DNA from: Rhynchopus sp. YZ270_cl-10
Lineage: Eukaryota
DNA: 64,000 nucleotides
NCBI GenBank assembly: GCA_964035575.1
Contig: OZ037841.1
Location: forward strand, 1,488,001 to 1,552,000
Reading direction: 5' to 3'
Shown: in pieces, positions 41,216 to 51,689 of the stretch
Position numbering within the stretch: the first letter of the stretch is position 1
Layout of the letters: every line of letters starts with the position of its first letter
Notes under the pieces: model-generated
The model's input: the letters and a program-made list of their open reading frames with translations, nothing else
The model's database searches: none
What the model was told of the DNA's origin: nothing
Program-made: the position numbers and the translations under genes

Positions 41216-41809
41216 ATGTCTGGACTCGAGGATCTGTCTAGCAGCGATGACGACTTTGTTGCGATGTCTCCTATTCCTGATATGATGACGCCGTGTATGG
41301 GGTGCAGCTACGTGATCACTGGCCTTCACTCGACACACTGTTGCAAGCGGTGTTCCCGTGGAAAGGGGCATGGGTCTGGTTGCGAGCAGAGGAGCCTCCC
41401 CCCCGACACGGAGGACCCTTCTGCTTCTGCTTCTTCTGCAGCTCCGCGGGTATTGAAGAAGTGTGACTACTCTCGCTGTATCTACGCAGCGACAGGGGTG
41501 CACGAAACACACTGCTGCAAATCATGTGCCCGTGGTCTCTCCCACCACCACCCCTCCTGTCAGCACGTCCCCGCCAGCGCCGTCCCCCCTGACCCAGTCA
41601 CAAACCGCTGCCAAGCAGGGGATTGCCCCTTTGCAGTCACCGGAGAGCATGGTACTCACTGCTGCGGGCTGTGTGCGAGGGGGCTCTCGTTCCACAGTGA
41701 GACGTGCAAGAAGGAGGCACCGGTAGTCGTCTCCTCAGACACCCGTCGTGGGTCAGGAATGAATGTGGACCGTCGCTCCACAGGAAGGATTGTGGGGAGG
41801 GGAAACTGA
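41216..41809 (+). CDS. Small protein with three Cys/His-rich repeats
   Basis: Three copies of C-x2-4-C-x-[YF]-x2-T-G-x-H-x-T-H-C-C-x2-C-x-R-G-x2-4-H-x3-C. ATG after a polypyrimidine/CAG site. Confidence 0.75.
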   Translation: MSGLEDLSSSDDDFVAMSPIPDMMTPCMGCSYVITGLHSTHCCKRCSRGKGHGSGCEQRSLPPDTEDPSASASSAAPRVLKKCDYSRCIYAATGVHETHCCKSCARGLSHHHPSCQHVPASAVPPDPVTNRCQAGDCPFAVTGEHGTHCCGLCARGLSFHSETCKKEAPVVVSSDTRRGSGMNVDRRSTGRIVGRGN

Positions 41810-43147
41810 GAGGTCGTGTCTCGTGTCTTGTGTTGTTCTGCGAAGTGATGTCATACCTTGTCTCACCGATGCAGAACCAATTGAAAAAAACAGCGGTATC
41901 AAAAAATGGAGTGAGTGCTGGTAAGGGCTGTGGGGTCTTTTTGTGTCCCATGGTCCCGGTGTCTCCGTCTTTCTTCACCCCTGTTAAAAATTGAGAGAGA
42001 GAAACCACAAAACACCCACACCCTCTTTCCCGTGGATTTTTGTGTCAAAACAAAACAATATGCGAGTATTTATTTTCATGATTATGTTCTTCAGTATTGT
42101 GAATCTCATTTTATGTTCGGATGAACCTCTTATGCGCATTTGGGGTTTCTACAATGTGACCCACAACCGTATTGTTGCCACCTTCTCTAACAGCTGTCAA
42201 TATGCTATTAGAGCGAACGGCCTTCTGTTCTGTGCGCTACGTGTGAACACCCCTTTCGAACTTCATTTTATCTCCACCCTCCCAGTAACCTCCCCCCCTT
42301 AGGCATATAATGCATGCGAATCGTTTTGTTGGTATTCCGCAACAACCCTTCAAAACTATTGAATTCAATGAAAACACTCAAAAAGTTATTCAAAACCACT
42401 GGTACCAACGCCAACTTATTGGTAAACGAATCATAATTACAGTGTAATATTGGCCACTACCCAATAATGACAATAATTCCCAATTTGCATAATACTCACG
42501 GATCGTATTGGTAATGAAGAATTCAGCTCCGATTCATATGCATTCTATACAGCCACCCCACCCTTCCCTACGAATGAAGCAAAATCGTTTGCCCTGTATG
42601 TCTGGGATCCCTCCATAGTGAAAATGTGGTGTTCATGTGGACGGTACCGCATACGGCCCTCGATTGTTGGTGACCGTCGTGATTTGTGTTGTTTTTTTTT
42701 TTTTTTTTTTTGTGACCTTGCACAATGGGGCATACGTCTTGCAGGTGTTTGCTTGTGTTTTGTGTTGGGTAGTATTTTGTGTGCATACGTGTAGATGTGC
42801 GTGAATTCAATTTTTCAAGTTTTATTTTCTCGTTTTTTATGCAAAGAGTCTTTACATCCCCGGGGAGGTGTACACGAATGCACAAACTTTCATGAAAATG
42901 CAAAGGTACACTTTAACCCACTCCTTTGTGCTCATGACAGAGCTGTGCATATGTCGTTGTGTTCCCCCCCACTCCTCTGAATACTTCCACTCAGTGGGCA
43001 TGCTCTTTCAACAAAAAAACCTCTCCCCTGAGAAACGTTTCTTTGAGCTCCAGTAAAAGAGGGTAAAAAAATTGTTGCACTTTTGCGTACAAACCGTCTG
43101 CCCACAACAACACCACCTACTCGCAGGGACATTGCCCACCTTAGATA

Positions 43148-46100
43148 ATGTTTTTGGCACCCGGCGTGCTGTGGGTCCTTCTGCTTCTTGTCACTGGGGG
43201 TGAGACGCTGAACTATTACAACTTCCACATCCAACAGGTGTGGTGGACGAAGGGATGCCTAGACACCGGGTCTGACCCTGACTACAAGCTCAACGGCTAC
43301 GTGCGTCTGCAGGGGGGACCTTCTTACGACATCACAAACGCTGATGGATGTGCGGCGTGCAAGCAGCCCGGAACCGGGGACTGTACCGAGGCAGGGAAGT
43401 GGGCCGACAGTGGCTACAAGACCTTTCCATCTGGGCCAATGGTAATCGAGTGGCACTTCGACGCTTGGGAGGATGACACTGGTGATGTGTGCACATATGA
43501 CACAGGCGATGAGTGCCACACCTCTTTCACGTGTGCCTCGTTCGATATGACCACAGCGACAAAGCACATCAACACTCACAAGACCTGCACAAATGGGGGG
43601 GTGACAATTGAGATTGAATACGTTTGGTGGCCCACTTCAACACCACCACCCACACCAGTTCCTACTGCAGTGCCCACCGCTGTTCCCACCGCAGTGCCAA
43701 CAGCTGTGCCCACCGCTGTTCCAACTGCCGTGCCAACTGCAGTTCCCACCGCTGTGCCCACTGCTGTGCCAACTGCGGTGCCAACAGCTGTTCCCACCGC
43801 AGTGCCAACAGCTGTGCCAACTGCAGTTCCCACTGCTGTGCCCACTGCTGTGCCCACTGCTGTGCCCACTGCTGTGCCCACTGCTGTGCCCACTGCAGTG
43901 CCCACCGCTGTTCCAACTGCAGTTCCCACTGCTGTGCCCACTGCCGTGCCAACTGCAGTTCCCACCGCTGTGCCCACCGCAGTGCCTACTGCTGTGCCAA
44001 CAGCTGTTCCCACCGCAGTGCCAACAGCTGCGCCCACCGCTGTTCCCACAGCAGCACCAACGGGAGTGCCACCAGGAGCAACAGTTGTTCCGACGGCTAT
44101 TCCGACCGCAGTTCCCACCGGTGTACCAACTGCTGCACCAACTACTCTGCCCACTGCAGCTCCCACCACTGTACCAACCGCTGCACCAACTGCAGTTCCT
44201 ACTGCCGCACCAACAGGAGTGCCACCAGGAGCGACAGTTGTTCCGACGGCCATTCCGACCACAGTTCCCACGGCTGTTCCCACGGCAATACCAACAGCTG
44301 TGCCCACAGCCATTCCGACCGCGGTTCCAACAGCTGCCCCACCAGGAGCAACAGCTGTTCCAACTGCCGTGCCCACAGCCATTCCTACATCACCACCAAC
44401 TGCTTTTCCAACCACTGCGCCAACTGCGGTACCGACAGCTATTCCCACAGCAGCACCAACGGCAGTGCCGCCAGGAGCGACAGCTGTTCCGACAGCCATT
44501 CCCACAGCAGCACCAACAGTAGTACCCACAGCTCTTCCAACCGCAGCACCAACAGCTGCCCCACCAGGAACAACAGCATCGCCAACCGCAGAACCAACAG
44601 CTGTTCCGACTGCGGTACCTCCTACACCAGCACCTCTCTCACCCACACCAGCAACACCGTCCCCTCCGACGCTGCAGCCGCCGTCTTCTGCACCAGCAAC
44701 AATGACAGCAACACCCACCTCGACCCCTACCACGCCTACGCCTTCCACTGCCCCCTTCACTCCTACACCTGGGCCTTTCGTATCGCTGAGCCCAACAGCT
44801 CCGGATCAAGCATCACAGGAGACAATTCCTCCCACCAGCGCACCCACAGGCAACCCTGATGTGCTGCACGAGACACTTGTCCCTGACGACCAGCGCACCA
44901 TAACATCGCTAGCAGTGGTGACAAGCATCTCTGGTAACCCTGCGGCAGCGATGCGTCTGGCCTTGCTTGGGGGTGGGTGTTCGCGCACGATCCCTCGCAT
45001 CCTGCACGTCACCGGCCTCTCTGTGGACGGCAGCGAGTACGTCGGGGCCCTGGTCGGGAACTTCACCCTTGCCCTGTCTGCGGGCCTGCTCTCCTTCCTC
45101 TGCCTCAAGATCATCGTCACGCTGTTCCCCTACGCAGTCAAACGCTTCGGCGACATGCAAGGCTTCATGCGCCTCCCCTCTGCACCCCTTGTTGTCTTTG
45201 TCTTTCTGTACCAAGGCTCCACCCTGGCGGCTATGGCGCTGATCCTTTCTGGCGAAAAACAGTGGCACATCCTTATTGGGGTTGTTGCGTTTGGGGTTTT
45301 TGGGGGAACACCGTTTCTTTTGATGAAATACGTCAGCACATGCGTACCACGCAACGCGGTGTATGCACGCGCAGCTGGCCGCTCAGCGATGCTGTCTGCA
45401 TTGATCGGACCCGGCGAATGGGTGAACACTTCTCGGGAGACGATGTGGGTCGAACGTTTTGCCTCTGTCGCACGCATCTACAAACAGGAACGGGTGTGGT
45501 ACTTTGCTCTCGAGCTTGCAGCGAGCTTTACCATCAGCTCCGTTAAAAGCGCTAAGGTGGACACCATGGTTGGCTGCGGGCACGTCCACGTTGCTTTGGG
45601 CGTTGTCCTCCTCCTGCTCCTCTTCCTCGAATGCGTGATATGCCCCCACGCACGCCCACGCAGCACCCTCTTCGATGTAATAGGTCTTGCCTTCCAGGTC
45701 ACCGCTATGTTCACCATTGCTGCAGCGTATTACCACTATGAGGAGGACCATTGGGGGTTTGCGACGGGCGCGTTGCTGTTGGGTGTGTCGGTGTTTGTGC
45801 TCATGGCAAATTCTGTTTTGGAGCTGCTCACCGAGGGGTATGTGTTTTTGACGGGGAGGAGGAAGAGGTTGCAGGCGGATGTGATTGTTTCCTTAGAGAG
45901 GGAGAGGGCGATGGAGCTGCACAGCAGGGAGCAGCAGGGGAGGTACAGCAGGGACATGGAGGAGGACGTTGAGGAGCGCTCCGCGACAGTGTCGCTCAGG
46001 ACTGTGAGCGAGATGGACTTCTCAACCTCGCAGCCCCCGCGCAGCACCGCAACCTCGAGCCTCTGCCTCCCCGCCGCCACCGACCTCCTCCGTGCCCATT

Positions 46101-46231
46101 CCTGGACACCCAACCCCATCCACTCCTCGTACATGAACCTCGACCCCCCACTACCACGCAGCAGAAGCGACAACGGACGCACCTACATGAACCGTAGAGG
46201 GGTCAACTATCGTGAGAAGCTCAAAGTGTGA
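43148..46231 (+). CDS. Surface membrane protein: signal peptide, Cys-containing head, (PTAV)n mucin-like stalk, multi-pass TM domain
   Basis: Hydrophobic N-terminus, 12-bp-unit coding repeat at about 43660-44620, about 7-8 hydrophobic helices near the C-terminus. Confidence 0.85.
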   Translation: MFLAPGVLWVLLLLVTGGETLNYYNFHIQQVWWTKGCLDTGSDPDYKLNGYVRLQGGPSYDITNADGCAACKQPGTGDCTEAGKWADSGYKTFPSGPMVIEWHFDAWEDDTGDVCTYDTGDECHTSFTCASFDMTTATKHINTHKTCTNGGVTIEIEYVWWPTSTPPPTPVPTAVPTAVPTAVPTAVPTAVPTAVPTAVPTAVPTAVPTAVPTAVPTAVPTAVPTAVPTAVPTAVPTAVPTAVPTAVPTAVPTAVPTAVPTAVPTAVPTAVPTAVPTAVPTAVPTAVPTAVPTAAPTAVPTAAPTGVPPGATVVPTAIPTAVPTGVPTAAPTTLPTAAPTTVPTAAPTAVPTAAPTGVPPGATVVPTAIPTTVPTAVPTAIPTAVPTAIPTAVPTAAPPGATAVPTAVPTAIPTSPPTAFPTTAPTAVPTAIPTAAPTAVPPGATAVPTAIPTAAPTVVPTALPTAAPTAAPPGTTASPTAEPTAVPTAVPPTPAPLSPTPATPSPPTLQPPSSAPATMTATPTSTPTTPTPSTAPFTPTPGPFVSLSPTAPDQASQETIPPTSAPTGNPDVLHETLVPDDQRTITSLAVVTSISGNPAAAMRLALLGGGCSRTIPRILHVTGLSVDGSEYVGALVGNFTLALSAGLLSFLCLKIIVTLFPYAVKRFGDMQGFMRLPSAPLVVFVFLYQGSTLAAMALILSGEKQWHILIGVVAFGVFGGTPFLLMKYVSTCVPRNAVYARAAGRSAMLSALIGPGEWVNTSRETMWVERFASVARIYKQERVWYFALELAASFTISSVKSAKVDTMVGCGHVHVALGVVLLLLLFLECVICPHARPRSTLFDVIGLAFQVTAMFTIAAAYYHYEEDHWGFATGALLLGVSVFVLMANSVLELLTEGYVFLTGRRKRLQADVIVSLERERAMELHSREQQGRYSRDMEEDVEERSATVSLRTVSEMDFSTSQPPRSTATSSLCLPAATDLLRAHSWTPNPIHSSYMNLDPPLPRSRSDNGRTYMNRRGVNYREKLKV

Positions 46232-46239
46232 AGGGGAAG

Positions 46240-46241
<2 letters not shown>

Positions 46242-46272
<31 letters not shown>
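46242..46272 (+). repeat. (GA)n microsatellite just after the stop codon
   Basis: About 15 GA units. Confidence 0.9.
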
Positions 46273-46275
<3 letters not shown>

Positions 46276-48769
46276 AGGTGGCGCAGGAGGGGGAAGGGTT
46301 TTGGTTTTTTGTGCATATTTCGCTTGTTGCTCAAATAGTCACGGTGTGTGTCGAGGAAAAGAAAGTGTTGAAGAAGGACGCAGTTTCTTACCTTAAAACC
46401 AAATGTTACCCATAAAAAAAACCCCCCCTGACTGATAGTGTGTATGACGTGTGTAGCGTACCAAATAAACATAAGAGGAACGGGGTTTTTATTTTCGACT
46501 TTTTCGCTCAGGTGTCCGAAATTTGGCGAAATCGCCGAAGCCATTTTTTGACTCCTTCGAATTTGGACGTCCGATCTTGTTTTTGTTCTTTACTTACCCA
46601 GTGCACCGGTCATGTACCAAAGGGCACTGTCACGAGAGGGCTTCTATTTCAAGTCAAATTTATTTGTCAGGAGACTAAGCACGAGAGGCTCGGGCTCACT
46701 CACACAACTTTATTTATTTTTATGTTTTTTTTTTGCCCACAATTTTGTACCTGATTTTTTTCCCTTTTACTTCCGTGCCTATATCCACAGGGGTGTTTGC
46801 ACGCCAACGTTACTTTGTTTAGATGGGTATGCACGTGAGGCATACACATCTCTCGACTTTTCTTGTTCGTAGGATGACTAAGCGGATTTGGTTCATCTTA
46901 CAAAAATTTTTTTTCGGCAGATGTGTTGTGCACTGCACGGCACACACATCCTTCTTGGCTTGTGGGGCTCAGGTACATTGCCAATCAAGTTTCACTTTTT
47001 TTTGAATAGTTGACTTACGTCTCATTGCACCACAAATGATGAGACAGGGAAAGCTTTTCTTCGCATGGCCCTTCGTTCATTTGAGCTCTAGTTGTATTGG
47101 TGTTGTGCAATCATGTCATCCCTTCGCGCACACCAAATGCACGGCCTCATTGTTCAGGGGTTAAAAAATATAAAAGTTAACGCGCAGCTTTGTTCGCAGG
47201 TATATACGGAGCAAGCCTGCTCTTCTTCGTTTCAAAAACTAGAATCACAAGCAGAACGTCCGTCACGAAGGGAAAAATCATTTTCTTCGAGAAGGCAACA
47301 GCCGTGAGAAAAATCTGAAAAAGGTAACGGCCATGAAATTTCGAACTCATCTAGGTTGTTCTTTCTTGTTATCCTGCAATGCTCTCTTTTCAGGAGACTC
47401 TTTTAGAAGGAGACGAAAGAACACAACCTGGAAACAAAAAACGAAAACAAAACCCTGCGATTTTTCTTCGATTATAAGTATGTTTTATGCCTTTTGTATT
47501 GTCCCTTTTCTCTTGTTCTCTTTATCGACATTTTTTTTTTTTTGTTTGTTTTTGTTCTTTGCTGTGCGTACATCACTTACTTTTTGGTCAGTCATACATA
47601 GTCTTGTCTTGTCTTGTCTTGTTGTTGTCCTACCTTATTTGTTGTACGTTCTCATTATTTGTGACATTTTTTTTTGTTTTATGCATTGGCTTTTGTTTCC
47701 CCTCCCTTAGCAACACAACCGCTATTCTTTCCAACCTCTGTCTTTCGAGCGTGTTGTGTTTGCTAAATTTAAATAAAACGGAGGGGGTGGTCCGTCATAA
47801 CGACCTTGTAAGTGGGGTCATTTTTTTTTTCGCGTTGATGCAGCACAATTTAAGTTATCTGCAGCATCACCTTTGCCACAAGCGGTTCCTATTTTTTTCA
47901 AAAAAAACGTTGCGAAGGGGTCCCCTTTCTCCCCTTTGAATCTCACTTTCCCTTTTTTTTTTTGCAGGAACCACATCACAGTGTCAACCCTTTGGTAAGC
48001 ACTGTGAGGGTTAGGCTCATCTGGCGCCCTCCTGTATCCAGGTGGACGCCAGATGTACACATGGCGGCTTCGCCTATTCAACTTATTTCTACATCCTACA
48101 AAAAAAGTACTGATACCAGGGCTTTCCGCAGGGGGGACCAGGGGGGACCGCTGGTCCCCCTGGGGGAAAAATGAAAAAAATAAGGGGGGACCAGGGGGGA
48201 CCAGCCTGCCCTTGAGGGTTCTGAGGCTTCCTATTTGGACTTTTCCAGATTTTTTACATTTTTTCGTACCGTCCTGTCCCCGCACGTTCAAATACAGGCA
48301 TAAAATACGGTTCCAGCTTCCCCTGCTCCTCTCAAAAATAAGGCAACAACGGGAGGCAACCGCGAACCCTGTGTTCGCGTCAGTTGCAGGCAAACGTCCA
48401 GCATCAGAGACACTTTTTACAAGAAGAAGGAGAAGACGTGTCAATCTCAAAGCTGCATTTTTTTCGGGGGCTGGGGTGTAAGAGAAACAGTTAGAAAAAA
48501 GTTATTACACCAAGCCCATTTCCGATTTTTTATTGTTCATTCTTGTCTGTTTCTTTTTCGTTACCTGTGCAAAATTTCAGGTTTAGCGAACTCCCCCATC
48601 TAGCTAGCCATACCCCCACACACACACACTACCCGAACCCTCAAAATCTCTGGTTATTATCCTATTGATGTTTGGGGGGCAAATAAAAAGACGAAACGAA
48701 GAAAGAAAAAAACAGTGAGACGAGCAGTTTGCTCGGAGTGGTGTTTGCAAAAAATATGCAAAAAATTGC

Positions 48770-49110
48770 TGAAAGATGGCCGCAGGTTCTACCATTTGAC
48801 TATTCTACTACTCCAACCAAGATCTCACCGGACACTCACCCACGCTCAGTGAGGGTCGCATGCCACACCAGGCCCGCAACCCCCGAGAAGGTTGCCCTCT
48901 CCTGGTAAAGTGACCTATGGCCTATGGGATTTTCAAGAGAGAAAAAAACGCACCAGGGAAACCTACGTCTACGTGTAGTTGGGTGTGTAACGAATTCATT
49001 TAAAAGTTTGGCAATGACTTTTTTTGTTTTAACCTGGAGGCATGGTTTGCGGCTACGTATGCCTACGTGCCAGGAGGAGTCCTGGGTATACCCTCTGCCA
49101 CTCCTTTTTC
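48770..49110 (+). pseudogene. Possible heavily decayed DIRS/VIPER-type RT fragment
   Basis: Broken-frame peptides DGRRFYHLTI, WPMGFS and YAYV occur in RT motif A-B-C order. Confidence 0.25.
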
Positions 49111-50270
49111 TCTGTTTGAGAGAGTGCGGGACATGAGGCGCAGTCATCTTGGCAAGTTTTTGTTTATTTTGGATGAATCTAATTTATTTGGGTGCATGTG
49201 TTGACCCTCCCAGATGCTTTCATTTCTGTGAACTGAAAGTATATGAATCTATTTATTTTGTGTCACCTCATGAAATGAAGGAGGAAATAGAAACAAAGCA
49301 TTTTGAACACACTTGCGGTTCTAGGGACGAGCCGCGCTGCAGAGCCACGCCTCACCAAACAGGTCGAGGTGTGTGCGTTTCGCCACAACCTCTCCCATGG
49401 GTTTTATCATGTGAGTGTTAAGTTTCTATTTCCCGCTATTTTGTTAGATGTGTATGCACTAGAGGCGTATTGACGCGTATGACGTGGGTAGTGCACCAAC
49501 TAAACAAGAGACGAACGGGGTTTTTATTATTTCAACCATTTTGTACGTCTTTCAGAGCCCCCCCTCATCGTTGCTAGACTACGAGTTTTTTTTGGTACAC
49601 TGCACGTGAGGGCTTTGTATTTCACGTCAACTTTTTTTTGGAATTTTTTTTTCCCGCTGTGTAAAGCTGGGCTTTGTTTGCGACAAAGACCGGTTGGGTG
49701 CAAATCCACCACCAGATCTGATCTGTCATTTATTTTTCGTTTTCTTTTTTCATAATGTTTTGTTCAATCTTTTATAAAATATAGCAATAAAAGTGCAACA
49801 GTGTTGTTGTCTTTCAGTAGTTTTCCCCGTATGTCCGGATGCCTGGTGGCAACTTCACTTTATTGCATTTTTATTCAACTTTACCCCTTTTTTACGGTGT
49901 TTTTGCGCACAAAGGCGTTGGCACTTTTCTATATTTGCGTTTTGTTTTTCTGTTCTACTGAGTGAAAAAACGGCGCTTCTTTTCCCGCCGTTTTTTGTTT
50001 TATTTGTTTTGTTTCGTTCGTAAGGTGACTAAGCACGAGAGGCTTAGGGTCATCTTACAAACGTTTCTTTGTTTTGTATTGGGACAACTCTGCCCAATTG
50101 CCTCGAACCAACAGAGCATCAGCAATCGAGCGGTACTACCTAATATGTATCTTTGTGATAACATACCAGTGGATCTGAACCTCGTGCGTTTGATAGCGAA
50201 CCTTCCCCTTTCCCCCCCTCCCGCACACACTATTTCACAAATAAAAAAAAGGCATTTTTTTTATTACACA

Positions 50271-50403
50271 CTTGGATGGCACCCGTTACCGGATATCGGG
50301 TATTCCCGGGTTTTGCAAATTCCGGTAATGACAACCCAAATCCCGGTTGGACGTGGATAATGAAAAATTTAAAAACCCGGTACCCGGTAACGTGCCATCC
50401 ATG
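50271..50403. mobile_element. Small TIR element (MITE)
   Basis: Inverted ends CTTGGATGGCACCCGTTACCGG and CCGGTAACGTGCCATCCATG, with CCGG-rich subterminal repeats. No clean TSD. Confidence 0.6.
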
Positions 50404-51689
50404 TAGACAGTTATTTTTTTTTTTTTAGAACCTGCGTCCGCCGATGAACGGTGGGGCGGTTTGCACTTCCAACTTTTCTGTATTTTACCGTGTCCCAGCC
50501 ATCCACTTATTAATCAAATATCCGCTCTCTGTGCTCTTTAATTGAACCAGCAGTGGGCTGCTCCACAGATGCTTAGTGGTAATACCGACCACTTCTTGTC
50601 TATCCAGAAATCCCCGGAACACCTTTCCCCCTTTCAATGTGACTAAGCAAGCTTAGGATCATCTTACCAACCAATCTTTTTTTTGTCTGTCAAAAACTTT
50701 TTTGTTGTTGCGAAACCAGCCTTTTAGCTACTTTGCAGTTTTTTTGAACTCGGAAATGCATCTGACCGACTCGGTTTTGGAATGTAGGGTAAAAACCCTA
50801 CTTTGGCCACTACCGAAAAAAAATGAATGTCGTTTTTGGATTTTTCCGAAAAAACTACCCAAAGTTAGCTGCAAAAGGCTGCGAAACTGAGGATTTTTAG
50901 TGTACCATTTTGTGTGGTTAAATAGTACCTGTATTGACAAGACTGTGGGGGCAGAGAGATTGGTGCAAAATTTAGCAGAGCCTTAGATGGGGCACAAAAT
51001 GCTCTACCTGTCCCAGAGTGTTACACAACCGCTGGGCTCCGCTATATACACAAATCCTTACTGCAAATAACCCCAGTCTCTGTTTCTATCGGATGTCAAC
51101 CTCGAAATGGATGTAGGACCGCATGCTTGGGTCCACCCTGCATTGATCCTGTCCCAAGGTACACTGTATTTCAAGCAAGTTTCTAAATTGTGCGTGTTAT
51201 CTTTATGTTATGTTTGGGAAGGTGACTAAGCACGAGAGGCTTAGGTTCATCTTATAAACCTTTTTTTTTTTTTGTCAGTTTCTTTGATCTTTTCTTATAA
51301 TCATGTGTTTTGTTTATTTCTCAAAAACAGATCTTTTTCCCATTCGCATTTTATTTTCCACTCTCCTAGGCACTGCTCTTTAGGACCCACCCCCACACTC
51401 CCCGTTCTGTTTCATCACTCTGAAAAATACCAAAAAAAAAAAGGCTAAAAAGGGTGACACAATCACATTATCTGTGTCTTTCTTCTACACAAAAAATCCT
51501 CTAATTGTTCACTCACATCTCTATAATTTTGAGAAAAAAAGAAGGCATTTCCCCCATTTTTTCCCCCTCTTTGTCACCAACAAACCCGAGAATAATTTCC
51601 CCCCTCCTCAGTATCTTTGCAAAATCCCTCTTTTTTTCACCCCAGGAAAATATTGGTCTCACAAAAAGCCACATCTCACCCTCAATATA

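Noticed and set aside
43576..44859. Alternative-frame repetitive ORFs (GTAV, Cys/His-rich, CPLL)
   Set aside because: By-products of the 12-bp PTAV repeat; third-position variation identifies PTAV as the real frame.
48117..48371. CAGGG start with GGGGGACC repeats as a hAT element
   Set aside because: No convincing right TIR or TSD; at most a one-ended remnant.
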